Assembly: GCA_964247055.1 (NCBI GenBank)
Contig: OZ176053.1
Location: 5,952,001-6,016,000 of the forward strand
Source: Paragordius varius
Lineage: Eukaryota; Animalia; Nematomorpha
Direction of reading: 5' to 3'
DNA: 64,000 bases
A program made the position numbers and the translations under genes. Positions 12,276-23,598 of this stretch are shown one piece after another (positions within the stretch are counted from its first letter, which is position 1; each line of letters starts with the position of its first letter). The notes under the pieces are model-generated. The model worked only from the letters and a program-made list of their open reading frames with translations, did not search any database and was not told the DNA's origin.

Positions 12276-13004
12276 ATATCACCAATTATTCGCTTCCGGA
12301 TCTTGCTGATAAAAAAATATTTAATAATTACAAAATTATATTATTTCGGTCAAACATACTATTTATTTGCTTTCAACATTAATACTACAATAGCACTTAT
12401 ATGCAATGTTTTAGCAAATTCATTCAATGTTTTTGATGTCGAAAATAGTATTAATAATTAAGAGATTACCTAAGAAAATAAGTAATTAATTGATAAGGAT
12501 TAAGCTTATAATCTCACCTGGTTTTAAGTCCCTTTTTAAAAAAATTATCATAAAATTATATCATAAAACAATAAATATTTATATTTAGGTTATGACCAAA
12601 GCAAATATCTTAAACAAACTTAACCTACATGTCTCAAATTTTATTGTATATTTTGTATCAATTGGCTATTCATAAATTGTAATAAAACAAAAATTTATTA
12701 GTTAATTCTCACCTGTTTTAAATTACATTGGTAAACACTTATATGTCAAATTAATCAAAAAAACTATGCTAAAAAATTATATAATAATTATATTTATGTA
12801 AGATAAGATAAATAAAATTAATAATAATAATATGGTATAGGGATATTAAATTTCTACAATTAATGTCTAACAAGGTAATTCGATTGACATCAAAAGGTAT
12901 AAAAAGCGAAAGTTTTTCGATTGATTTTATTTTTCTTTAATTTTTTTAATAAAGTCAAAATCCTTTGAATTTTATCATTATTGATCATTTTTTTATATTC
13001 TACA

Positions 13005-16000
13005 ATGCAAAAAATTTGGTCAATTTTTATTTTGTTTTTGAGTTTTACTATTCTATGGACATTTGAAATTTCAGAGAAAAGAATCCAGAAACAACCTTAT
13101 GAAGGGTATAAATTGGAAAAATTTTTTTAAAATATGTATTTATTTTGTCATTTCCGAATATATTATTTTAGATACAATGTTTACCGCGTTCTGCCAAAAG
13201 ATTTAGCACAATTTGATAAACTCAAAGAATTTCTCCAAAATAATCCCAAAGTAACACTTAAATAAATTAATATGTGTGTACCATAAATTATAAATATTAA
13301 AAAATATATAAATATTTTATAAATTAGATTGATATGTGGACCGCTGTGATGAAACCAAATTATTTTGCAGATTTAATGGTACCTCGAGAAGTTCAAGGAG
13401 CTCTAATGAACTTTACCCGAAAACATAATTTAAAAATGATCCCTAAAATCAAAGATCTACAAAAGTAATTTACTTAATTTTAACTCATAATATTACCTTT
13501 TTTGAATCTATAAAAGTTTAATTACGAACCATATATACAAACTATATATAAATATATTTTTCAAGATTGGTCAATATTCAAACGGAAGAAAATGCAAGAG
13601 GAAAAATGAGATTGCGACACGACGGGGTCATATATGAATCATTTAATTTTGATCGCTACCCCAGATTTTCAGAGGTATTTTATATAAAAATATTATCATA
13701 CTGTGAATTGTTCATGTCATAGATCCATTTTTTTTTAATTCAGAGTGTCGCCTTACTATCTTTACAAGACAAAGAAAGTCCTCGTTTTTAAAAAATATTC
13801 GCATTAAATCGCTAAAATATTCCAAATATCGACAAATATGAATAAATATTACCGTGTGATACTCTACATAAAATTTATTTAATGTGATTTTATTAATTAT
13901 CATCTCATATGGCCTGATAAGTTTTCTGAAATTTAGCCCCAAAAGCACGCAATTACGATATACGGTTTTTAGCGGTTATCTCCTTACCCAGCAGCTATCA
14001 TTAAAGAAACGCTTGACTAAAATTTTTGGCTTTTAACAGGGAATAGCTGGAATCCTTATTGAATCCTTACGGTTTCATACCTTGTGCGAAAAATACATTC
14101 AAAAAATTATTTTGATGAACTTTTTTTTGAAAGTGGCATTTTATGGGGGGAGCGGGTAAAAAGAGGGCCTAAATTAAAAAAGCGGGCCGACTATGTTCGG
14201 CGCAATCGAAAATAAGTAAAAAAAATCATATTTGACATCGAATGGTTCAACACGTTCTCCGGTAAATTGTCTCAAAGACACGATTTTTGTGGACTTGTGT
14301 TTTCAAAAAAACCCGTTTTTCACACGGGGTGGGCCCGAACTGGGGGCCTATTTCAAAAAAAAGGGCGAAGCTATTGTCGGGGCATTCATTAATGATTATA
14401 TTTTTTCAATGTTTGGATTTGAATGGGTCTAGCGGTTTTCCGGTACCAGATCACAAAGCCACATGATTTTATAAATATATAGATTATTGTTAGATATGTT
14501 AATAAATATAAATTTGCATTTTTTCGCCAAATTATTCCTTCCAATTTATTATTATGTAAATTAAATATTTATGTTTCAGATTGATGAATGGTTAGAGTTT
14601 TTACATCGAGAGTACCCCAACATAACTGAAATTTTGGACATTGGGAAAACGCATGAAAACAGGAATATGCATGTTTTAAAAGTAATTTAATCATGAAATC
14701 TTAAAACTTTATATAAAACATATTCATTAGTCAGATTTAGATATTATTTCAACTATTTTACTAAACCGCTATATAAATATTATATTGTGATCATTTTTTG
14801 CATAAATTTAATCAGGTTGGCGAGAAAAGCGATAAACCAAAACCAGCAGTTTGGGTCGATGCTGGAATACATGCACGAGAATGGATTACGGTTACAACCA
14901 TACTCTATTTCATATCACAGGTATCTTTAAAAATTATATTTTTAAACCTGGATTTTTTTAAAATAAACTATCCTTTGGGGTAATGCTATAAGGAGTAAAG
15001 ATGTAAATGGCTTTGAATTATACTTTTTATTTTAGGTTATGAAGAAAAAATCAAGATTATGGTGTTTTCTAAAAAGAATTTTCTCAACTTATATTTTGTA
15101 TCTATGATTCATGTAAATTTGACTCATTTTTAAAAGTATTGAATATTAGTAAATTAATTTTACATATATCAATTAATACTTATTAAATATACTTTATCGT
15201 TTTTAGTTAACTGAACCACACCGATGGGTTAATTCAACTCATGTCAAACATCATGATGTAACCAATTATTTGAAGCATTTGGATTTTTACTTCCTTCCGG
15301 TGCATAACCCAGATGGATATGAATACACACACACTACGGTAAGTTACACTAAATTATCTGGATATATAGGAATTCAGATTATGAAAATTAATTAATTAAA
15401 ATACCAAAAAATACAATGATCGGGATTTACTACGATCATATGTTGCAACAATTCCATAGTTTTCCTACTTTACAGAAATTTGAATTACACAGACAACACG
15501 TAAAACTAAAAGACAATTATTTTTTTTAAAAAAAACAATACTTTTTTCATCCTTATTTTTTCCAACATAAACAATGTAATTATAATTTTAAATAATATAA
15601 TTAATCATGGTACCAATTTACATCTCTATTTCATTCTTTCCACTCAATTTCTAAAAATGGAGAGTAAAATAGTATGGCTGTATTTTGAAAAAGATTATCT
15701 GTCTTTATGTTTTTACGTGTTGTCTGTATCAATTTTAACTGTATTTAATTTTAATTAGTGTTAAACTTGTGTAAAATATCTAAAATGTTTCATTTAGAAT
15801 CGACTTTGGCGCAAAACCCGTTCTATACATTCAAGATCAGCTTGCATTGGTGTCGATGCTAATCGCAATTGGGGACATTCTAGTTTCGGAATGAGTAAAA
15901 AATTAAAATAATTTTCAAAGACAGGAATTAAAAACAGAGCAAGTTTTTAGGGGACTTCAATCGCGAAAATATTACCATAAAAAATTTATATTTTATTTTG

Positions 16001-16836
16001 ATAGCTAGTGGTTCAAGCACAAATCCATGCTCACAAGTTTTCCACGGTCAAAGCGAATTTTCTGAGATCGAAAATCAAAATGTCAGGGATTTTTTAACAG
16101 CGCATCGGGATTCACTTTTATCATATCTTAGTATTCATTCTTATTCCCAATTATGGTTGTTGCCATATGGTCACAAATATGAACACCCAAAGCAATATGA
16201 TGATATGGTATTTTATTAAATCTTTAATAATTTAGATAAACTTCCATTGAGTAAAATTTTAAAAATTTGGTATCACCCAAAAATTATACAATTTTAAAAC
16301 TAATTATTTTGAAAAAGTAATATGTAAAATTTGGAATGAAAATTTTGAGACCTATGACAGTTTTCAGTACGATTCAACTATCATTTTATTCGCATTATTA
16401 AAACTAGACAAAATATATAGATATTTTACATTCGTTCATTGTAAGTATTTCATTATAATTTCTAGATTAAAGTTGGTAATGATGCAATTGAAGCGCTTAA
16501 GAATGTTCATGGTACTCAATACCAAGCTGGATCTATATCGGATTTGCTTTGTAAAATTTTATTTAGATAATTCTGATAAAATTTGTTCTTATACAAACTG
16601 GGATATGTTTATTTTATAATGTAATAGATTTGGCTTCCGGAAGTTCCCTGGATTATGTTCATGATCAATTAAAAATTAAATACAGTTTTGGCCTGGAACT
16701 TAGAGACCGCGGCCAGTATGGGTTTTTGTTGCCCGCCGATCAAATTCTACCAACGGCCGAAGAAACGTGGGAAGCTTATAAAGTCCTTATCGATACAGTT
16801 TTGCACGAGCAAAATATTACTATATGTGTTAACTAA
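13005..16836 (+). CDS. Secreted M14A zinc carboxypeptidase (carboxypeptidase A-like preproenzyme), 11 exons, 452 aa
   Basis: Exons 13005-13105, 13172-13250, 13328-13464, 13566-13674, 14580-14681, 14816-14920, 15207-15338, 15798-15894, 16005-16207, 16466-16550, 16628-16836; all GT-AG and phase-consistent (1,359 nt). Signal peptide [20 protein letters not shown], propeptide PYEGYNVYRV, zinc ligands GIHARE and IHSYSQ, WRKTR, DANRNW, NPDGYEY and catalytic [16 protein letters not shown] places Leu at position 255 (CPA numbering), i.e. CPA-like rather than CPB-like specificity. Confidence 0.94.
13900..14483 (-). mobile_element. Helitron family C 5' fragment in carboxypeptidase intron 4
   Basis: Minus strand starts A|TCTATATATTTATAAAATCATGTGGCTTTGTG and is collinear with about the first 600 bp of the 9190 copy; 3'-truncated, lower boundary approximate. 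Confidence 0.78.
15488..15728. mobile_element. MITE in carboxypeptidase intron 7
   Basis: Perfect 17-bp inverted repeat acagacaacacgtaaaa (15489-15505) / ttttacgtgttgtctgt (15711-15727) around an AT-rich core. Confidence 0.68.
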
Positions 16837-16948
16837 ATATATTTTTTAACCGAATTGCAAATATATTACTAATTTTTTGACATTATTTATCCACATATTT
16901 TAGCAAAAAAAATAAATTAGAATAGATGTTGATAATATTCTTAAATAA

Positions 16949-18081
16949 CACTGATCAACAAGGTTTTGCACCACCCCATTATTTTTGTATTTTCTGTTAC
17001 CTAATGGCATGGAAAGGCCAAAACAAAAAAGAAAATTGAGGCCACCAATAGGATTTTTCCAAAATTTAATTTTTAAATTTGTATTTAATTCAAAAATAAC
17101 AATCATTCCTCGTGTACATATGTTTAAATATTCAAACAAGCAAGTCGATACAAGTAATTTTTCATGTATGGATAACAAATTCTAGGCATTAAATAAGATA
17201 CTAAACAAGCTAAGAGCCAAAGTATTAAAAATCTAAAAGGGCTTAGTATAGTGTGATAGATCTGGCGGCTGCACAAGCTCTGCATATCCCCCAAGCGATC
17301 CTATAATTATGCCAGATGTGGCAAAGATAACAATAAGTAATCGTAAAGTCCGATAAGAGAGACTTGCAAGCAAAATTTAGGCAAATTGACATGTCAAATT
17401 AACCAATTTACAGAATAAAGTTAGATAAATACAATTAAATTGAATATAAATTAGGTAAATACAAATGGTCCAACCACATAACAGTAAATTCTACTAAAAG
17501 TGGCTGCACAACATCCATCTGAAATTCAAAATACAAAACAAAAATAATTTCAAAAAAATAAGGTATATCCACTAGGTATAAATAAAGAATTTTTTATAAG
17601 AACCAACTCAAGAGAAAAAGTCTAATAAGTACTCAAAAGAACGAAAACTTACAAAAAAATATAGCTTATCTGAAAGCCGAAGGTTTAAACCATAGAATGC
17701 CTTTTTTAGTATTTTTTTAAAAAATTTTTATATGTGTTAAAAATTCACTTGAAAAAAAGGACTAAATTTTGTCATTTAAGTCCGTACTATTTTTTTCTCT
17801 TTGATATTTAAATGACATATTTATATTCAAAAGATAGAGTTTAAAACGCTTTATTAAATGATATTAAGTTTATAATATAATAACATTTTATTATAAAATT
17901 ATATTTAATTTTCTCTCGATTTTCACTTGTTTTTGAAAAATTGAAAAACCTATAAAATTTCAAAATTCTGATTGGCGGGATCAAAATTTTTTTCAAATTC
18001 GGTTTTAAAACACTGAAATTAGTCATAATTTAAAAAGTTTGAGTGGTGGTGCTTAAAAATGTCCAAATTTGTCGACTAGTG
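16949..18081. mobile_element. Non-autonomous CMC-superfamily (CACTA/Chapaev-like) DNA transposon, copy 2, inverted relative to copy 1
   Basis: Termini CACTGATCAACAAGG... and ...TTTGTCGACTAGTG; 3-bp TSD TAA (16946-16948 and 18082-18084); 1,133 bp. Confidence 0.87.
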
Positions 18082-18863
18082 TAATTTTATGATTGATAAA
18101 TGGTATTAAGATAAATCAATTGACATTTAGGTAAGTGTCAGCAAAACTTCTACCACTCTAACTCAATAATGGTCTTACTTATTACTTTTACAAATGTTGA
18201 AAAGTGCTACAGGTCCTTTTTTTAAAAAAACCCAAATCTGTAAAAATATGGGTTTAATCCTAAAAACAAATCTGAAATTATCGTTTGTTTCATAAAAATT
18301 TATTTGGCTTCATATATCAAGAATGTGTAAAAATATTTGGCATTTTTGTAATTTGATTTAGTGGAATGCATATTTTATAAATTCTAAAAAAGTTAGATAT
18401 TGCTGGGGAAGGGAAAGAATTTATTATTTAATAGGTATTGGTGCGCAAAGCCCAGTTTTTATTTTTTATATAGCCTCTAATTTAATTGCATACTGTAATA
18501 ATAGTGTTCTATTAAAACAATTTAATCATTGTCAGTCCCAAGAACGTATTTGTAATATTAATCGATGTTAAAAATACTTAGAAATTTTAAATTTAATTCC
18601 TGTAGGGAAGATTTTATGCTTTCGTAGCTATGTAATGTAAATATATATATATATAGAATTTAAAGGAATTGAAACTTACGGCAATTTTCGGTTTAAAATC
18701 ATATTTTTGTTTCTGGCTCCGGTTTCAATGTTTTTTTACATGAATGATAGTTTGATTTTTGGAATTTAAAATCGGGCAAATTGAAAACAAATATAAACTA
18801 AGGAATTTTATTGTACTTTTCTATAGTAGTAAAAAATTTTAATATAACCAAAAACAATTTTAA

Positions 18864-19354
18864 CACTTGGATACAACGCATTCATTTCCGTACTTCGATT
18901 CAAATGGTGGTAGTTATATACCCCAGGCTTGTTTAAAATTAAATATTTCAAAAATATGGAATAAATTGAAACCATGGCAAAAGTTTGCATTAATATAACA
19001 TTAATAAACCGAAATATAATTAAAAATTCATTTAAAAATACTTGATATTACTTATTTAGAGGTAAAGTAAAAATTTAGCCAACATGACATGTGTGCATAA
19101 ACTAAATACAAAATAATGCAAAATATACCACTTTTTTATATCAATGTTCAATGTGATTTAATAAAAAGGTAAACTTAATTTTACAATTAAATAAACACGA
19201 TATTAAGAATGATATAAAAAATGGCGTCCAAGTAGTGTGATACGGAACTTTTTTTTTCCAAAACTAAATTTTATTGAAACCGCTTTCAGTAATCTTTTAA
19301 ATATATCAATCGAAATATTTGGGGTATTTAGATACCCCAATTTAAATCATAGTT
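18864..19354. mobile_element. piggyBac-like TTAA MITE (family E), decayed copy in reverse orientation
   Basis: TTAA|CACTTGGATACAAC left end and ggggtatttagataccccaatttaaatc right end; internally similar to the reverse complement of 38688-39259. Confidence 0.75.
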
Positions 19355-19859
19355 TTAAATGAGATGAACGTTTCGATAAAAATTCCAAAATACGTAAATC
19401 ATTTTTTATCTATTTCGCGTTTTCTTTCTTAAAACGGTTCTGAAAATTCCACAACCCTTTTAAAAATGGATCTAATTCCTAAAAAATCAATAGCAAGATA
19501 ATTGTTTGAAAATATCCTTTTTTATCATAATTTAAATTCTTAAGAATTGACATCGAAATTATCTCTGCGACGTGTGACGAGCACAACAAGTAAATTAAAA
19601 TTGGATACATTAAATATAATCTTTGTAATGGTAATAATGGATTGGTTATGTTTGTAATAACAGTTGTTAAAATCCGTATTATAACGATAAAGGATAATTA
19701 AATAGAATTATATGAAAATACTCTAAATCTAGGCTCACCCCTAGAGTTAATTTTCAGTTTATTTTCAAAATTTTCAGTTTAATTTTCAAAAATTCCATTA
19801 AATATAATTTAAATTCGTATAACCAACTGATTTATACCAAAATTGCAAAGTTGGATATA

Positions 19860-19980
19860 TATACGAAATCGATATGTGAAAACCCCAAGTCAAATAGTTG
19901 TGTCGTACTGATAAGTGCTAACAAGCACGAAACTAGTCTGCGATTACTATTGACGAAGGGTTTCATATATCGTTTATAAT
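19860..19980. repeat. Short dispersed repeat (family H) with a gcacgaaac(t)agtc motif
   Basis: gataagtgctaa.a.gcacgaaac(t)agtctgc is shared with about 150-190; cgatat(g/a)tgaaa(a)ccc inverted ends; related motif at 44745-44760. Confidence 0.5.
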
Positions 19981-20546
19981 TTCTATAAATATAATCTTTC
20001 TTTGTAAGGTTTCTCTTTCATAAAAAAATACTGCCGATTAAATTTTTGTTAACTTTAAAGTCTAAAATATTTATTAAATAACTCACTAATTTACGATTAA
20101 ACTCTAAACTTAAATTGACCGTACTGAATTCAGGCGATTATGTACAAATCACATTTCATTTCGCTTGCAATGACCCCTTAGAAATAAAACATGTATGATA
20201 GAAATGGTGCATAATGTCCATTTAATAATTTAGATCAAGTATTTATATTCTTATGGTACAAACTTAGATAATTCGATCTTGTAAATATAAATTAATTGAA
20301 AATTAAGCTGGAACAAACGGCTAATGGTGTTTTAAAATAGTTGCTAAATATGTAAACAAAACTTTCACAGTAATGTTAATACAATATTTGATAAAAAATA
20401 TCCGTAACTTTTCTAATCATGTCGGCAATTTTAGTTATTTATCTGGGGTAATCAACCCATAATTATTAAAATTCGCCTTTATTAAATTTCAATTTTATCC
20501 ATAATAAACCAATTTATTCTTTATTACTATCTATTTATATATCTAA

Positions 20547-20696
20547 CTAGCGTGAATCTCGTGCTGCTACGCAGCCCGAGGAAGTCCTTCGGACTTCTGG
20601 GGGGGGGGGGGTTCGAAGTTTGGATTTGAATGGGTCTACCGTTTTTCCTGTACCAGATCACAAAGCCTACATTTTCCATTTTTATAAATATATAGA
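20547..20696 (-). mobile_element. Complete 150-bp mini-Helitron (family C 5' end plus canonical 3' end)
   Basis: Minus strand A|TCTATATATTTATAAAAATGGAAAATG ... CTCGGGCTGCGTAGCAGCACGAG hairpin, 7-nt spacer, CTAG|T. It has 5'-TC, 3'-CTRR, a subterminal palindrome and an A^T target. Confidence 0.86.
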
Positions 20697-20744
20697 TGAG
20701 GATAAATAATGTATTAATATCCATATATCTTTTAACATGCTATG

Positions 20745-22709
20745 CATATGATAGATACTCCTTACTCAGCATCTATCATCAAAGAAACGCTTGACTAAAA
20801 TTTTTGCCTTTTAACAGGCAATACGAAAAAACTTTCTCGAATTTTTACAGTCTCATACCGTGGACAAAAAAATACAATCAAAAAAATATTTTTGTGGACT
20901 TTGTTTTTTTTGAAAAAAATGGCATTTTACGGGGGTAGCGGGTAAAAAGAGGGCCTAAATCAAAAAAGTGGCTCGACTATGTTCGGCGCAATCGAAAATA
21001 AGTAAACAAAAATTATATTTGAAATTGAATGGTCCAACACGTTCTCCAAAAAATTGACTTAACCCATTTTTCACACGGGGTGGGCCCGAACTGGGGACCT
21101 AATTCCAAAAAAGGGCGAAGCTATTGTCGGGGCATTCATTAATGATTATATTTTTTCGATAATTGGATTTGATTGGGATCACCGGTTTTCCGGAAACAGT
21201 TCACAAAGTTATATAAAAAATCAGTTTTTAGCGGGTAGCTCCTTACCCAGCAGCTATCATCAAATAAACGGTGGACTAAAATTTTTGCCTTTTAACAGGG
21301 AATGCGTGGAATCTTTATTGAATTTTTACGGTCTCATACCTAGGGCGAAAAATCGATTTAGAAAATTATTTTTGTGGACTTTGTTTTTTGAAAAAAATGG
21401 CATTTTACGGGGGGAGCGGGTAAAAAGAGGGCCTAAATCAAAAAAGTGGCTCGACTATGTTCGGCGCAATCGAAAATAAGTAAACAAAAATTATATTTGA
21501 AATTGAATGGTCCAACACGTTCTCCAAAAAATTGACTTAACCCATTTTTCACACGGGGTGGGCCCGAACTGGGGACCTAATTCCAAAAAAGGGCGAAGCT
21601 ATTGTCGGGGCATTCATTAATGATTATATTTTTTCGATAATTGGATTTGATTGGGATCACCGGTTTTCCGGAAACAGTTCACAAAGTTATATAAAAAATC
21701 AGTTTTTAGCGGGTAGCTCCTTACCCAGCAGCTATCATCAAATAAACGGTGGACTAAAATTTTTGCCTTTTAACAGGGAATGCGTGGAATCTTTATTGAA
21801 TTTTTACGGTCTCATACCTAGGGCGAAAAATCGATTTAGAAAATTATTTTTGTGGACTTTGTTTTTTGAAAAAAATGGCATTTTACGGGGGGAGCGGGTA
21901 AAAAGAGGGCCTAAATCAAAAAAGTGGCTCGACTATGTTCGGCGCAATCGAAAATAAGTAAACAAAAATTATATTTGAAATTGAATGGTCCAACACGTTC
22001 TCCAAAAAATTGACTTAACCCATTTTTCACACGGGGTGGGCCCGAACTGGGGACCTAATTCCAAAAAAGGGCGAAGCTATTGTCGGGGCATTCATTAATG
22101 ATTATATTTTTTCGATAATTGGATTTGATTGGGATCACCGGTTTTCCGGAAACAGTTCACAAAGTTATATGAAAAATCAGTTTTTAGCGGGTAGCTCCTT
22201 ACCCAGCAGCTATCATCAAATAAACGGCGGACTAAAATTTTTGCCTTTTAACAGGGAATACGTGGAATCTTTATTGAATTTTTAAGGTCTCATACCTAGG
22301 ACGAAAAATCGATTTAGAAAATTATTTTTGTGGACTTTGTTTTTTGAAAAAAATGGCATTTTACGGGGGGAGCGGGTAAAAAGAGGGCCTAAATCAAAAA
22401 TGTGGCTCGACTATGTTCGGCGCAATCGAAAATAAGTAAACAAAAATTATATTTGAAATTGAATGGTCCAACACGTTCTCCGGAAAATTGTCTCAAAAAC
22501 ACGATTTTGTGGACTTCTGTTTTCAAAAAAAACCCGTTTTTCATACGGGGTGGGCCCGAACTGGGGGCCTATTTCAAAAAAAGGGCGAAGCTATTGTCGG
22601 GACATTTATTAATGATTATATTTTTTCGATATTTGGATTTGATTGGGTCTACCGGTTTTCCTGTACCAGATCACAAAGCCAGCATTTTCCATTTTTATAA
22701 ATATATAGA
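20745..22709 (-). mobile_element. Tandem array of four Helitron family C 5' segments (478-bp period)
   Basis: Intact 5' terminus at 22709 (A|TCTATATATTTATAAAAATGG). The unit junction tcacaaagttatat recurs 478 bp apart (units start about 21211, 21689, 22167). The identical 64-aa ORFs at 21285 and 21763 mark the two middle copies. Confidence 0.85.
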
Positions 22710-23598
22710 TTACAAATAAAAAGTATAATAAATGTTGTATAGATAGCACTTTATAAATGTAATATGAGATTATGTATGCAAGAGATTCAGTAAAAAAATT
22801 ATTTCAGCAAAACATTCATCAAGGATCCACCAATTCCAGAATCTTTGGAAACAGATTGCTTCATATTTAATTGTTTTCTGCCATTTAAAAAATAGAATTT
22901 TTATTATGTATTAACACGGATTGGTAAGAACGATGAGAAAAATGTAATGTATTTAAAGATTCTTAACTTTTTTACTTTTTTGTTGGGTAAGTCACAAAAC
23001 TTAAAATTTTTTCACAAATATATTATTTATTAAGTCTGATATAGATATTTTTGTTAAATACATCATTAGGTATATAATTAAATTAAAAAATTATCCTTAA
23101 TTTTTAAGGTGTTTCAACTATTTTAATAAAGTGCACACAAGTCAAAACAATTATTTAAATTTTTTTCCCTTTTTTCTTCCCATAGTCTTGCAACAAAATT
23201 ATAATGAAAAGTCGAGGAAGGGGACAACGCCATATTAATAATTTATTTCATGGGCAAAGTAGTTTGTAAGAAAACAAAAGTTATTCAAAATTAAAATTAC
23301 AAAATTTTAATCAAAGTGTTTTACTGGATAATGATGTGATTTGTGACAATTCTTCCATTCATTAAAAGTAAAATAATTTGTTGTAACTCCGACTGAGAGT
23401 CTTTTTAAAAAGTATTAATGATTATTGTGAAACCGAAGTTTTCAACGCTTTTAAAACAACTAAAGCCAACTTTGCTAAGAAAGAGGACAAAAAATCTTAA
23501 TGATTTTGTTCTCAAATTTTGTTAGAATGTTTGCTAAAAAACCCTTACAAGAGAAAACAGTTACTATATATACCTAATGATATATTGTGTTATTTTTA

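Noticed and set aside
11831-16948. Past inversion of the carboxypeptidase gene between the inverted CACTA-like copies
   Set aside because: Each copy retains matching TSDs (TAT/TAT and TAA/TAA); recombination between them would have swapped the inner flanks.
20745-22709. Regular tandem array as a CRISPR-like locus, or the identical 64-aa ORFs at 21285 and 21763 as duplicated genes
   Set aside because: Units are 478 bp with no repeat-spacer alternation and no cas genes, and the context is eukaryotic. The ORFs start at TTG and are by-products of Helitron sequence.
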